Positions 31,196 to 41,561 of a stretch of 64,000 nt of DNA are shown here, piece by piece. The notes under the pieces are model-generated. The model worked only from the letters and a program-made list of their open reading frames with translations, was not told the DNA's origin and did not search any database. Position numbers and translations under genes: made by a program. Each line of letters starts with the position of its first letter. The stretch's first letter is position 1. The DNA comes from an uncultured Verrucomicrobiae bacterium (GTDB lineage Bacteria > Verrucomicrobiota > Verrucomicrobiia > Chthoniobacterales > JAATET01), in contig CAVRCI010000013.1 of assembly GCA_963719495.1 (NCBI GenBank), forward strand, positions 288,001 through 352,000, given 5' to 3'.

Positions 31196-32134
31196 TTAGC
31201 GCTGCGGAAAGGGTGTCGGGGTCGGAATGGGCGTCGGGGTCGGCGGGGGGCCGGTGCGCATGGCGCGGCGGCGGACGGTCACCTTGACCGGCTTCGAAAC
31301 GCTTTCGGCGAAGTCGATGGCGCGGATGAAAAACCGGGTCTGGCCACGATCGAGGATGGTCGTGAACGACCAGCGGTCGGTGCCCTGCACGGCTTCGTAG
31401 GGTCCATTTCGGTTCGGCGAAATCTGCACGATCCGGACGGTATTCTCGTCGGTGGCGGACCCGGACAGCGTGTAGCGGCGCTTGCGGGTCTTCTTCTTCA
31501 GGCTGTTGCCAAACACCTTGACCGTCGGCGGCCCAAGATCGGGCGGGTTCTGGATGATGTCGCCCGCGACCGTCAGATCCTGAAAACGGAGCGACTGACC
31601 CTGCCGGTCGCTGTAGGCGTAGAGGCGGAAGGTCACCGAATCGCCGAAGACGGGCGGCTGGTCGAACTTCACGGAGAAAGTTTTGAAGTCGAGCGGGCCA
31701 TTGCTCACTGATACGTTGCCCAGATCGCTCTTGTAGCCGTCGAAGCTCCAGCGGAGGGCGAGACCGTTGCCGTCGTAGCCCTTCTGGCCCGCGCTGGCCG
31801 CCTTGAAACTCACGCTGAAGATGCGGGCCTGGAACCCGAATTTCTTCGTGAGCGTGAACTGCCCGTATTGCTGATTGTTGCGGCTCGAGTTGGAGTTCGT
31901 CGAGCGCTCGCGGAGCAGGATGTAACCGTATTTGGTGCCTTCCATCACCCCGATGCCGACCTGGGCTTCGGAGCCGAATTTGCCGAAGGGTCCCGCCGTG
32001 ATGCTGGGATCGACGTTCGATGGGTCGAAGCTCCCGTCGAATTTGTAGGTCGCCAAGGTCTGGGCCGACAGGTTGGAAACGGCACCCAGCGCGAGGGTCG
32101 CGAGGGCGAGGACGCAAGCGGTTTGGAACTTCAT
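31196..32134 (-). CDS. Hypothetical secreted protein with basic C-terminal beta-rich domain
   Basis: Signal peptide from ATG 32134; PT-rich tail. Confidence 0.65.
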   Translation of the reverse strand: MKFQTACVLALATLALGAVSNLSAQTLATYKFDGSFDPSNVDPSITAGPFGKFGSEAQVGIGVMEGTKYGYILLRERSTNSNSSRNNQQYGQFTLTKKFGFQARIFSVSFKAASAGQKGYDGNGLALRWSFDGYKSDLGNVSVSNGPLDFKTFSVKFDQPPVFGDSVTFRLYAYSDRQGQSLRFQDLTVAGDIIQNPPDLGPPTVKVFGNSLKKKTRKRRYTLSGSATDENTVRIVQISPNRNGPYEAVQGTDRWSFTTILDRGQTRFFIRAIDFAESVSKPVKVTVRRRAMRTGPPPTPTPIPTPTPFPQR

Positions 32135-32276
32135 AACGGGTTCCTCAATAAGACGGGGTGCGCAGACCGTCAATGATGTTTCGTTGGCGCTGTCAACCGA
32201 GAAACCGGGAATTTTTTGCGATCACCTAATCGCTTGCGCGCCCGCCACGGCGCGGCGAGGGTCCCGGCTCGCGCGC

Positions 32277-33620
32277 ATGGGGGAGAGATTTTGGAACGCG
32301 GATTTTCCGTTTCGGCCGGAGCGATTTCCGATTTTTTACGGCTGGGTGATCGTGGTCGCGGCGACCATCGGGATCGTCGTGAGCCTGCCGGGACAGACGA
32401 TGGGGGTGAGCGTCTTCACCGAGTCGCTCATGGCGAATCTCGGCCTCACGCGAACCCAGCTCAGTCTCGCCTATTTGATCGGGACCACGGGCAGCGGCCT
32501 CCTGCTGCCGCGCGCCGGGATGCTGCTCGACCGCTTCGGGGCGAGGCGGACGATGACGGTGTCGACGCTGCTCTTCGGCGCGGTCGTGGCGATGCTGGCC
32601 GGGAGCGACGGCGTGGCGCGGGCGGTTCGGAGTCTGCCGGGTCTGGGCGACGCGTGGCAGGTGTCGCTGGTCGTGATCGCGGTCGGTTTTTTTCTGATTC
32701 GATTTCTCGGCCAGGGCATGGTGACGGTCACCTCGCGGGCGATGCTGGGGAAGTGGTTCGACCGGCGGCGCGGCATGGTTCTGGCGATCAGCGGGGTGGC
32801 GGTGTCGTTCGCGTTTTCGTCCGCACCACAGCCGCTCAATTCGCTCATCGAATCCGTCGGCTGGCGCGGAGCCTACCTCTGGATGGGCGGCGGGCTCGCG
32901 CTCGGCGTCGCGGCCATGGCGTGGCTGGTCTTTCGTGACAACCCGGAGGAATGCGGTCTCGAAATGGACGGCGGCCCGGGAACGGGCGACCCGGGTCGCG
33001 AGAATCCCGACCGCGTGATCGTGCGGGACCTCACGCGGGCCGAGGCAATGCGGACGTTTTCGTTCTGGGCGTTCAATTTCGGCACGGCCTGGCAGGCGCT
33101 CGCGATCACGGCCTACACCTTTCACGTCGTGTCGATCGGAGCCGAGGCCGGCTCGGACAAGGCGCACGTGCTGGGGCTCTTCCTCCCGATGGCGATGGTC
33201 GGCGTGTTCACGAATTTCCTCTCCGGCTGGGTCGGCGACAAGACGCGGGCGAAATACGTCCTCATGCTCCTCACGTCCGGCCTCACCATCGCGGGTCTCG
33301 GCATGGCTTGGTTGGCGGAGCCCGTCGGCCGCCTCCTGCTCATCGCGGGTCTCGGGATCTCGGGCGGCGCGTTTCAGACGACGATCGGGCTCGTCTGGCC
33401 GCGCTACTACGGGCGCACGCACCTTGGCGCGATCAGCGGGGCGAACATGGCGACCATCGTGCTGGCGAGCGCGCTGGGACCCTACGTTTTCAGCCTCTCG
33501 AAGGAGTTCCTCGGCAGCTACCACGTCGGGTTTCTCATCACGGCCATCGTCCCGGCGTCGCTGACGGTTGCCGCGTTTTTCGCCGATAATCCGCAGCGGC
33601 GAATGGCGGAGCGGGCGTAG
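32277..33620 (+). CDS. MFS transporter
   Basis: About 12 TM segments, G.LLDRFGAR motif A, WFDRRRG, YYGR.HLGAI. Confidence 0.9.
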   Translation: MGERFWNADFPFRPERFPIFYGWVIVVAATIGIVVSLPGQTMGVSVFTESLMANLGLTRTQLSLAYLIGTTGSGLLLPRAGMLLDRFGARRTMTVSTLLFGAVVAMLAGSDGVARAVRSLPGLGDAWQVSLVVIAVGFFLIRFLGQGMVTVTSRAMLGKWFDRRRGMVLAISGVAVSFAFSSAPQPLNSLIESVGWRGAYLWMGGGLALGVAAMAWLVFRDNPEECGLEMDGGPGTGDPGRENPDRVIVRDLTRAEAMRTFSFWAFNFGTAWQALAITAYTFHVVSIGAEAGSDKAHVLGLFLPMAMVGVFTNFLSGWVGDKTRAKYVLMLLTSGLTIAGLGMAWLAEPVGRLLLIAGLGISGGAFQTTIGLVWPRYYGRTHLGAISGANMATIVLASALGPYVFSLSKEFLGSYHVGFLITAIVPASLTVAAFFADNPQRRMAERA

Positions 33621-33699
33621 ATTTTTCGCGTTTTCGAGACCTCGAGAGATTTGCGAATGCCCGTTTCCCGGTCCGCGAAACTTCTGCTACGTTCCGCCG

Positions 33700-35307
33700 A
33701 TGCTGACGATTCGTGATCTCAAAAAGAGCCATGGCGGCCGCGTTCTCTTCGAGAAAGCCTCCATGCAAGTGAACTACGGCGAGCGGGTGGCGCTCGTCGG
33801 GCCCAACGGCGCCGGGAAATCCACCCTCTTCTCGATCATCCTGAAAAACGACAGTCCCGACTCCGGCACCGTCGACCGCGACGAGTGGACCATGGTCGGC
33901 TACCTCCCGCAGGAGGGCGAAGCCGCCGGGGAAGAGACCGTCATGGACATCGCCACCGGCCGCGCGGGCGAGATCGCCGCCCTCGACAAAAAACTCCGCG
34001 CCTTCGAGCAGGACGGCAACGTCGACAGCCCGGAATACAACGAGGCCAACATGCAGTTCGAAGCCCTCAACGACCCCCAGGTCGAGGCCAAGGCGAAGTC
34101 CATCCTCGCGGGCCTCGGCTACAGCGAAGCCGGCTTCACCCGCCCGGCCAAGGAGCTGAGCGGCGGCTGGGTGATGCGCGCCCACCTCGCCCGCCTCCTC
34201 GTCATGCAGCCCGACCTGCTCCTCCTCGACGAGCCGACCAACCACCTCGACCTCAACTCCCTCCTCTGGCTCCAGGAATACCTCAAGACCTACTCCGGCG
34301 CCGTCCTCATGATCTCGCACGATCGCTACTTCATGGACGAGCTCGCGCAGACGGTCTACGAGATCTCGAACCAGCGCCTCGTCACCTACAAGTCGAATTA
34401 CACGCAGTTCCTCGAGCAACGCCTCGCGAACTACGAAAACAACATCGCCGCCTACAAAAATCAGCAGAAGCAAATCAAGGCGCTCACCGAATTCATCGAC
34501 AAATTCCGCTCCGTCTCCTCGAAAGCCGCCCAAGCCCAAAGCCGCCAGAAGGAACTCGAGCGCATGGAGCTCGTCGAGAAGCCGCTCCCGCCGAAGAAGC
34601 CGTTCAAGTTCCAAATCCCCCAACCCGAACGCGGCGGCCAGCGCGCGATCTCGCTCGAGCACGTCGACTTCGCCTACGGAAAACACGTCGTCTACGAAGA
34701 CCTCGACCTCTCCGTCGAACGCGGCGAGCGCACCGTCCTCGTCGGCCCCAACGGCGCGGGCAAATCGACCCTCCTCAAGCTCCTCGCCGGCGTCCTCCAG
34801 CCCCAGAGCGGCCGCGTCAACGAAGGCCACAACGCCAAGATCGGCTACTTCAGCCAGCACCGCGCCGACACGCTCGACCCGGAAAAAACCGTCCTCGAAG
34901 AAGTCCTCGAAGCCGGCAACGGGATCCGCGAAGAGGACGCCCGCGGCATCCTCGGCACCTTCCTCTTCCGCAAGGACGCCATCTACAAGAAGACCGCCGT
35001 CCTCAGCGGAGGCGAGAAAAGCCGCCTGAACCTCATCAAATTCCTCGTCGACCCGCCGAATCTCCTCCTCATGGACGAGCCCACGACCCACTTGGACATC
35101 CACACCGTGGAATCCCTGATCCTTGCGCTCCAGGACTACGACGGCACCCTCGTCTTCATCTCCCACGACGTCCACTTCATCCGCCAGCTCGCCAACAAAG
35201 TCCTCCACGTCAACAACGGTCAGATCATCCCGTATCCCGGCGGCTACGACTACTTCCTCGAGAAGTCCGCTGCCATGGACGACCGAGCCGCCGTCACGAT
35301 GGCGTAG
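33700..35307 (+). CDS. ABC-F family ribosome-associated ATPase
   Basis: Two NBDs (GPNGAGKS; LSGGW/LSGGE; LDEPTNHLD), no TM segments. Confidence 0.93.
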   Translation: MLTIRDLKKSHGGRVLFEKASMQVNYGERVALVGPNGAGKSTLFSIILKNDSPDSGTVDRDEWTMVGYLPQEGEAAGEETVMDIATGRAGEIAALDKKLRAFEQDGNVDSPEYNEANMQFEALNDPQVEAKAKSILAGLGYSEAGFTRPAKELSGGWVMRAHLARLLVMQPDLLLLDEPTNHLDLNSLLWLQEYLKTYSGAVLMISHDRYFMDELAQTVYEISNQRLVTYKSNYTQFLEQRLANYENNIAAYKNQQKQIKALTEFIDKFRSVSSKAAQAQSRQKELERMELVEKPLPPKKPFKFQIPQPERGGQRAISLEHVDFAYGKHVVYEDLDLSVERGERTVLVGPNGAGKSTLLKLLAGVLQPQSGRVNEGHNAKIGYFSQHRADTLDPEKTVLEEVLEAGNGIREEDARGILGTFLFRKDAIYKKTAVLSGGEKSRLNLIKFLVDPPNLLLMDEPTTHLDIHTVESLILALQDYDGTLVFISHDVHFIRQLANKVLHVNNGQIIPYPGGYDYFLEKSAAMDDRAAVTMA

Positions 35308-35375
35308 GACCACGGAGCGGCAAAAGCGGACAGCCGCCGCCGAGTCTTAAGCGAGTTGGCAGGCAGCCGAAGGCT

Positions 35376-35436
35376 GCCCCATCCAACCCCGCTGTCATGC
35401 TGAGCGAAGCGAAGCATCTCTGGCTTCTCACCGCAT
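35376..35436 (+). repeat. 61-bp direct repeat (core GTCATGCTGAGCGAAGCGAAGCATCTC), left of Fic gene
   Basis: Aligns without gaps to 36703-36763. Confidence 0.85.
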
Positions 35437-35559
35437 TCCACGGATGAACCAATCCGGTCCCAGCACGAATCTTTATTAACGCGGCTCGCTAATAAAGTTT
35501 TCGTCCATTTTCTTTACTTAAGCACTTTACTGATAAAGTTTTTCAGCTATTCCAAGATC

Positions 35560-36684
35560 GTGGCGGCTTTTGAATCAGGAAATTGGGTGAAAAGGACCGA
35601 ATACAGCAGCTTCGAGCCATCGCGGATCAACCATGCGTGGCAGATCGACGAGCCTCGCATCTGGGAAGCCCTCAGCCGGGCGGACCGCCACCTTGGGCGG
35701 CTCGACATGTTCTCCGAATACGTCCCGAATCTCGACCTCTTCGTGCGAATGCACGTCGTGAAAGAAGCCACGCAATCGAGCAAGATCGAAGACACTCTCA
35801 CCGAAATGGAGGAAGCCGTCCTTCCAGAGGAAGAGGTTGAACCCGAGCGTCGCGACGACTGGCGGGAGGTCAACAGACTCATCGATGCGATGCGCGGTGC
35901 CACGGCGCGGCTCGAGACGCTCCCCTTCTCGATGCGGCTGCTCTGCGAAGCCCACGCAACCCTCATGGCGGGCGTGCGCGGCGAGCGGAAAACGCCCGGA
36001 GAATTCCGCCGGAGTCAGAATTGGATCGGAGGATCCAACCCCGGTAACGCGCGCTTCGTCCCGCCCGTCCACGAGAACGTCCCCGACCTCATGGGTGACC
36101 TCGAGCTGTTCGCCCACAATCGAGACCTTCACCTTCCGCCGCTCCTGAAAGCCGCGATCATGCACTATCAGTTCGAGACGATTCATCCGTTTTTGGACGG
36201 CAACGGACGCATCGGTCGGCTCATGATTCCCCTCTATTTTCTCTCCGAGCAAATCCTCAAGCAACCCGTGCTCTATTTGTCGGACTACTTCGAACGCAAC
36301 CGGGAAGAATATTACCACCGGCTGACGCGGGTCCGGCACGACGGCGCGATGAACGAATGGCTGCACTTCTTCCTGGATGGCATCACCGAGACCGCCAGCC
36401 TCGGTGTGAAAACTTTTGACCGCATCCTCCAATTTCAGCGCGACTGGGAGAGCGAAATCCACCAATGGAAACCCCGGGGTTCCGCTGGCCTGGCCCTGTT
36501 TCGCCACCTCTTCATCCACCCGACGGTGAACGCCCAGCAAGTCGCCGAGGTGACCTCCGTCTCGCTGCCGACGGCGTATAAGCTGATCGAGCGATTCGTC
36601 GCGCGCGGCTTGCTCAAGGAAGTCACCGGGGCGAAGCGCGGTCGGCTCTTCCTCTTCGAGCCCTACCTCGCGCTGTTTCGCTGA
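35560..36684 (+). CDS. Fic family protein with C-terminal HTH
   Basis: HPFLDGNGRIGR catalytic motif, SSKIE inhibitory-type helix. Confidence 0.93.
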   Translation: MAAFESGNWVKRTEYSSFEPSRINHAWQIDEPRIWEALSRADRHLGRLDMFSEYVPNLDLFVRMHVVKEATQSSKIEDTLTEMEEAVLPEEEVEPERRDDWREVNRLIDAMRGATARLETLPFSMRLLCEAHATLMAGVRGERKTPGEFRRSQNWIGGSNPGNARFVPPVHENVPDLMGDLELFAHNRDLHLPPLLKAAIMHYQFETIHPFLDGNGRIGRLMIPLYFLSEQILKQPVLYLSDYFERNREEYYHRLTRVRHDGAMNEWLHFFLDGITETASLGVKTFDRILQFQRDWESEIHQWKPRGSAGLALFRHLFIHPTVNAQQVAEVTSVSLPTAYKLIERFVARGLLKEVTGAKRGRLFLFEPYLALFR

Positions 36685-36702
36685 ACCCGAGGCCGGCAAC
36701 CC

Positions 36703-36763
36703 GCCCCGTCCGACCCCGTCGTCATGCCGAGCGAAGCGAAGTATCTCCGGCTCCTCACCGCAT
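36703..36763 (+). repeat. 61-bp direct repeat, right of Fic gene
   Basis: Aligns without gaps to 35376-35436. Confidence 0.85.
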
Positions 36764-36808
36764 CGCACTTCCGCACGGAGGTCCGCCTTCGGAGACCCAA
36801 ACCACCTT

Positions 36809-38218
36809 CTAAAACGTCACCGAGTAATTGAGAATCACCCGGAAATCCTCCGCCGTCACCCCCGCCCCCGGCCCCATTTGGTCGAGCACCCCGTAGCGCA
36901 CCCGAAACCAGACCCCGTCGAGATTCGCCACCTTCGGCCGGTAGTCCAGATTCACGTCGAACTCCCGCTGATTCGGCGAAGCCGTCGGGCCGGCATTCGG
37001 CGTCGCCCCGCCCACCCACGTCGTCGAAGCCGCCACGCCTTCAAGGCCCAAGCCGCTGAAATCGTAAGACAGCGCGACCCGCAGGGACTTCTCGCCCGCC
37101 CGGTCGAAGTCCGCGATCAAGGCGGAATTGAAACTCGGCGACCCACCCCACGGCTTCCGGATGCCCGCCGTGTCCGAAGTCCACGTCCCGGACACCGACG
37201 CGATCAGCGATTCGTAACCAACCGACGCGACCACACCGCCCGATTGCACGTCGAATCCGCCGACCAACTCCCGACCCACGCTCCGCTGATCCGCGAACTG
37301 CGCGCCCACGCTCAAAGTCATCGCCTCGCCGATCCGGTGCAGATACTCGCCCTCCGCGTAGAACGTATTGAACGTGTCCCACCCGACCTCGTTCACCACG
37401 CTGAGAAACGTCTCCTCGCCAAAATCATACCGCGCCCCCGCGATCGTCACACCCAGGTCCGTCCCGTCCGCACCCGCGACGTCGGACATCGCGTCGAAGG
37501 CCGTCGCCGTCCGCGGCTTGATCGCCGACACGTGCGCGGCCCCGAAACGGAGATGCTCCCAATCCCGCGATTCGACGCCGACGGCTTCAAACGTATTCGG
37601 CGTCATCCGCGAGTCGTTCGCGTTGATGAACGGAAGATCGATCCGCTGCCGCCCCACCCGCAGCGTCGTCTTCCGAACCCGCAGATCCGCGTAAGCGACG
37701 CCCAATGCCGTGTAGCCACGCTGCCCCGAAGCCAGCAACCCCGATCCATCCCGGTCGGCCGGACCGTCAAGCCGCTGCGAAGTGTAGCCGGTCAATCCGA
37801 TCCGAAAAAAGTCCCGCCACCAACCCGTCCGCAAACCGAACGCCCCACCGTAAGCCGCCGCCTCCGACCGCGAGCCATCCAGATTCCGGGCGTTCCGAAA
37901 ATACCACCTCGGCGCGATGGCGAATTTCAGATCCCGGGCAAACGGGTTGACCCCCGCAAAATAGCGTCGCCGCAGATTCGCCAGCACCTGACTCGGCAAG
38001 ACTCCCCCGTCGAGCGCCGACCATTCATGGATCGACCCGATGCCATCCCCCGCCGAAGGCGACCGCGTCAGCGAAGGCGGCGTCCCACTCTCCGCCGTCG
38101 ACACCTCCGGCGGAGCCGCGAGGACCCCGCCGATCCCAATCAACACGATCAAAGCCGCGACGAGTGCCCGGCGGAAACGCGCCCATCTCACCCACCTCGA
38201 TTTGCCGCTCCCTACCAT
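36809..38218 (-). CDS. OprD-family outer membrane porin
   Basis: GRQ...P.IN.NDSRMTPNTFE, DFDRAGEKS, C-terminal FRVILNYSVTF. Confidence 0.8.
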   Translation of the reverse strand: MVGSGKSRWVRWARFRRALVAALIVLIGIGGVLAAPPEVSTAESGTPPSLTRSPSAGDGIGSIHEWSALDGGVLPSQVLANLRRRYFAGVNPFARDLKFAIAPRWYFRNARNLDGSRSEAAAYGGAFGLRTGWWRDFFRIGLTGYTSQRLDGPADRDGSGLLASGQRGYTALGVAYADLRVRKTTLRVGRQRIDLPFINANDSRMTPNTFEAVGVESRDWEHLRFGAAHVSAIKPRTATAFDAMSDVAGADGTDLGVTIAGARYDFGEETFLSVVNEVGWDTFNTFYAEGEYLHRIGEAMTLSVGAQFADQRSVGRELVGGFDVQSGGVVASVGYESLIASVSGTWTSDTAGIRKPWGGSPSFNSALIADFDRAGEKSLRVALSYDFSGLGLEGVAASTTWVGGATPNAGPTASPNQREFDVNLDYRPKVANLDGVWFRVRYGVLDQMGPGAGVTAEDFRVILNYSVTF

Positions 38219-38418
38219 CCGGGGAGCGAATACCAGACATCACGCCCGGGATCGAGGCCGAGAAGGCGGATAGCGGGGGGGCAAACATCTTCCGCCAATC
38301 CTTCGGCCAAATCCTTTGGTCGCATCCACCGCACCCACGCCGCCCCGACGTCCAACACCCCATCTCCCCCCCTCGCCGCCGCCTACCGCGCCGGATCCGC
38401 GCCCGCCGCCGCCGAAAT

Positions 38419-39630
38419 TCAGCGATCCGCGGCGTCATCCCGCGCCGCCTCGTTCACGAGCATCTGCCACGACGGAAACCGTCCGGCGTCGGCCCCGAGC
38501 AAATGGCGGACCACCCGCTCCAAGTCGGGATTGAAATAGCTGGCTTCCTGCATCACCGACAGCGACCTCCGCGGATCGTAGAGGCGGCCCGGGCGGTATT
38601 CCTCGAGTCCCGCCTCGGCGCGGCGTCGGTCGAGGTCCACCCGCGAATTCGTCCACTCTTCCCGCGTCTTTTCGCCCATCGCGTAGGGGACGAGGTAATC
38701 GACGGACTTCGCGATGGAGCCACCCTCCGGCGACTCCCAGCGGTAAAGGCCGGCCCCGTCCTCACCCGACAGCATCGCCAATTCGATCACCGGTCGCAAC
38801 GCGCTGGCGTGGTAGGTGAGCGTGTCGCGGGTCTCGAGGTCCAGGCTGGTCCCGTCCGCGCGCAGGCTCGCCGAAACGAAACGCTTCAGTCCCTCCTCCG
38901 CACTCCGCCGCCACGCGTTCTCGTCGAGAATGCCGCCGATCAGCGACAGCAGCCGCACGTGTTTGGTGTAGCGGTTCGAGAAGTGCGTGGACTCCGCGAC
39001 CGCCCGGGCGTGAAGTTCACCGAGACTTCGCAACCACGCGTCGATGCGCTCGCGGTCCCCCGGCTCGAACGTCCCGCGCAGGTGGTGGTAGGCCACCAGC
39101 AACGGATATAGTTTATTCTCGTTCACGTCGTTGCCGGTCGGGCGGTAGGTCGCCGCCCAAGCGGTCAGAAAATCCCGCAACGTCTCCTCGGCGCGCGGAT
39201 CGCCCGACACCTGCCAGTCCCGCACGAGCACCGCGACGTCGTCCATCTCGCGCAGCTTCGCGACCGTCGCGATCCGCTTCGCGTCGGTGTTCACCAACCC
39301 CTCGTAATCGATGCGCGCCAGTGGCTGCGGCGTCGCGCCAAACAGGGGCCGGGCCTCCGTCCGCACCTCCTCCGCCAACGCCGAGGCCTCCGCGTCCCCC
39401 GCGACCAGTTCGCGCAACCGCTCGACCTGCTCCACGCCGAGTGGAACCACCGGCCGGATCGAAAACTCGCCCACGTCGGCCGCCCCCGTCAACGAGGGCA
39501 GGATCAACAAAACAACAAAACCGGGGAGGCAACGACGGATCACCCCCGGACTCTCCCGCGATCCCGTTCGGCCAACGAGACATTTTTGCCGCAAGCCGTT
39601 GCCCGCCCCATCCACCCCCAACCCCCACAA
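38419..39630 (-). CDS. Alginate lyase-like (alpha/alpha toroid) protein; start uncertain
   Basis: DGTSLD..RD.L.YH motif, H..N segment, signal-like N-terminus. Confidence 0.65.
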   Translation of the reverse strand: MWGLGVDGAGNGLRQKCLVGRTGSRESPGVIRRCLPGFVVLLILPSLTGAADVGEFSIRPVVPLGVEQVERLRELVAGDAEASALAEEVRTEARPLFGATPQPLARIDYEGLVNTDAKRIATVAKLREMDDVAVLVRDWQVSGDPRAEETLRDFLTAWAATYRPTGNDVNENKLYPLLVAYHHLRGTFEPGDRERIDAWLRSLGELHARAVAESTHFSNRYTKHVRLLSLIGGILDENAWRRSAEEGLKRFVSASLRADGTSLDLETRDTLTYHASALRPVIELAMLSGEDGAGLYRWESPEGGSIAKSVDYLVPYAMGEKTREEWTNSRVDLDRRRAEAGLEEYRPGRLYDPRRSLSVMQEASYFNPDLERVVRHLLGADAGRFPSWQMLVNEAARDDAADR

Positions 39631-39684
39631 TTTCCCAACCCCGCGACTTGTGAACCCTCACCCCGCCGCGCTACGTTCGCCTCC

Positions 39685-40863
39685 ATGGCAGCGGTATTGG
39701 CACTCGAGGACGGACGGGTTTTTCGCGGGGACGCCTTTGGCGCGACCGCCACGACGGTCGGCGAAATTTGTTTCAACACGGCGATGACCGGATACCAGGA
39801 GATCCTCACCGATCCCTCCTACCGCGGCCAGATCGTCGCCATGACCGCGCCCCAGATCGGCAACTACGGGTCCAACGACCTCGACGTCGAGAGCGACACG
39901 CCGCACGTCCGCGGGTTCGTCATCGAAGAACTCAGCCGCATCCCGAGCAACTGGCGGTCGCAGGCGAGCCTCGAGGATTTCCTCGAGAAAAATGGCATCC
40001 CCGGCATCGAGTCCATCGACACCCGCGCCCTCACCCGCCACCTGCGGACGCGCGGCGCGATGCGGGCCTGCGTGTCGACCGAGGACCTCACCGACGAGCA
40101 GGCGGTCGAGCGCGCCCGCGCCGCGACCTACTCCGAAGTCGATTTCGTCGCCGAAGTCACGCCATCCGAGACCTACGAATGGGACGCCGCCGGCGAACGG
40201 AGCCGCCGCTGGGTGCAGGCGAAGGAAGTCGCCGCCAGCACGGGCGACGCCGACGAGATGGGCAACGTCTTCCAGCCCGCCGTCCCGGTCGAGCGCCGCA
40301 TCGTGGCCTACGACTTCGGGATGAAGAAAAATATCCTGCGCCTCCTGCGCGGCGCGGGCTTCGGCGTCACGGTCGTTCCCGCCCGCACGCCCGCCGCCGA
40401 CGTGCTGGCGCTCGAGCCGGAAGGCGTTTTCCTCTCGAACGGCCCCGGCGACCCCGCCGTCCTCGACTACGCCCACGCCACCGCCCGCGGACTCATCGGC
40501 AAGGTCCCCATTTTCGGCATCTGCCTCGGCCACCAGGTCCTCGGCTACGCCTTCGGCGGCAAGACGTTTAAACTCAAGTTCGGCCACCGCGGCGCGAACC
40601 AACCGGTGAAGGATCTGCGCACGGGCCGCATCTCCATCACGTCGCAGAACCACGGCTACGCGATCGACCCCGATTCGCTGCCCGACGACGTTGAGGTCAC
40701 GCACGTCAACCTCAACGACAACACCGTCGCCGGCATCGCGCACAAGACGCACCCGGTTTTCAGCGTTCAGCATCATCCCGAAGCGTCGCCCGGGCCGCGG
40801 GACGCCGGATATTTCTTTGACCAGTTTGCGAAAACGGTCGATGAATACCGCAAATCCTCCTGA
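39685..40863 (+). CDS. carA: Carbamoyl-phosphate synthase small subunit
   Basis: FNTAMTGYQEILTDPSY, LSNGPGDP, GICLGHQ, SQNHG, HPEASPGP. Confidence 0.97.
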   Translation: MAAVLALEDGRVFRGDAFGATATTVGEICFNTAMTGYQEILTDPSYRGQIVAMTAPQIGNYGSNDLDVESDTPHVRGFVIEELSRIPSNWRSQASLEDFLEKNGIPGIESIDTRALTRHLRTRGAMRACVSTEDLTDEQAVERARAATYSEVDFVAEVTPSETYEWDAAGERSRRWVQAKEVAASTGDADEMGNVFQPAVPVERRIVAYDFGMKKNILRLLRGAGFGVTVVPARTPAADVLALEPEGVFLSNGPGDPAVLDYAHATARGLIGKVPIFGICLGHQVLGYAFGGKTFKLKFGHRGANQPVKDLRTGRISITSQNHGYAIDPDSLPDDVEVTHVNLNDNTVAGIAHKTHPVFSVQHHPEASPGPRDAGYFFDQFAKTVDEYRKSS

Positions 40864-40867
40864 CCGC

Positions 40868-41377
40868 ATGAACAAGCTTCGCATTACCCTCCCGGACGGC
40901 ACCCCCGCCACCCACGACCTCGGCGAAGACCGCGTCTCCGTCGGCCGCCTCCCCGACAACGACCTCCAGATCGAGGACGATTCCGTCTCCAGCCACCACG
41001 CCGAGATCACCTACGACGGGTCCGCCCACCAGCTCAAGGACCTCGGCTCGACCAACGGCACCTTCGTCAATGGCAAGCAGGTGACCGAAGCCACTCTCGT
41101 GGCTTCCGATCAGGTTCGTTTCGGCCAGATCGATTGCGCCTTCGAAGGCGACACAGCCGCCCCCGGCTCCGAGCCACTTCCCACCTCGGGTCCAGCCCAG
41201 GTCGCCCTCGGCGAAGGCAGCGCCCGCCCAGCGGGATTCGTGAACGCCTCGCCTTTCCCGAAACTCGTCGAGCAGTCCGGCCCCATCGCCAAAGTTGCGG
41301 TCACCTTCGCCGTCCTCGGCGCGCTGGCATTCGCTGCAGCCGTCGCGCTTACCTTGCAAATGCAGGCCCCGGTCTAA
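40868..41377 (+). CDS. FHA domain protein with C-terminal TM
   Basis: GR..DN...I....VS..HA, DLGSTNGTFVNG. Confidence 0.9.
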   Translation: MNKLRITLPDGTPATHDLGEDRVSVGRLPDNDLQIEDDSVSSHHAEITYDGSAHQLKDLGSTNGTFVNGKQVTEATLVASDQVRFGQIDCAFEGDTAAPGSEPLPTSGPAQVALGEGSARPAGFVNASPFPKLVEQSGPIAKVAVTFAVLGALAFAAAVALTLQMQAPV

Positions 41378-41561
41378 AGCGGGGCGAAAGCTCCGTGCCC
41401 ATCGGCTTCCAGCCGATCACCACCCAGCAATCGGCACCCAGCCGATTCAAAACCATCCGCGAAACGCCGGGACAACCCGCGAAGCAAGAAATTCCCCGCC
41501 CGCCGGATTTCCCCCCGGCGAGGTTGACACCAGCCGGGAAGGCGGGAAAGTCTGTTCGTCC

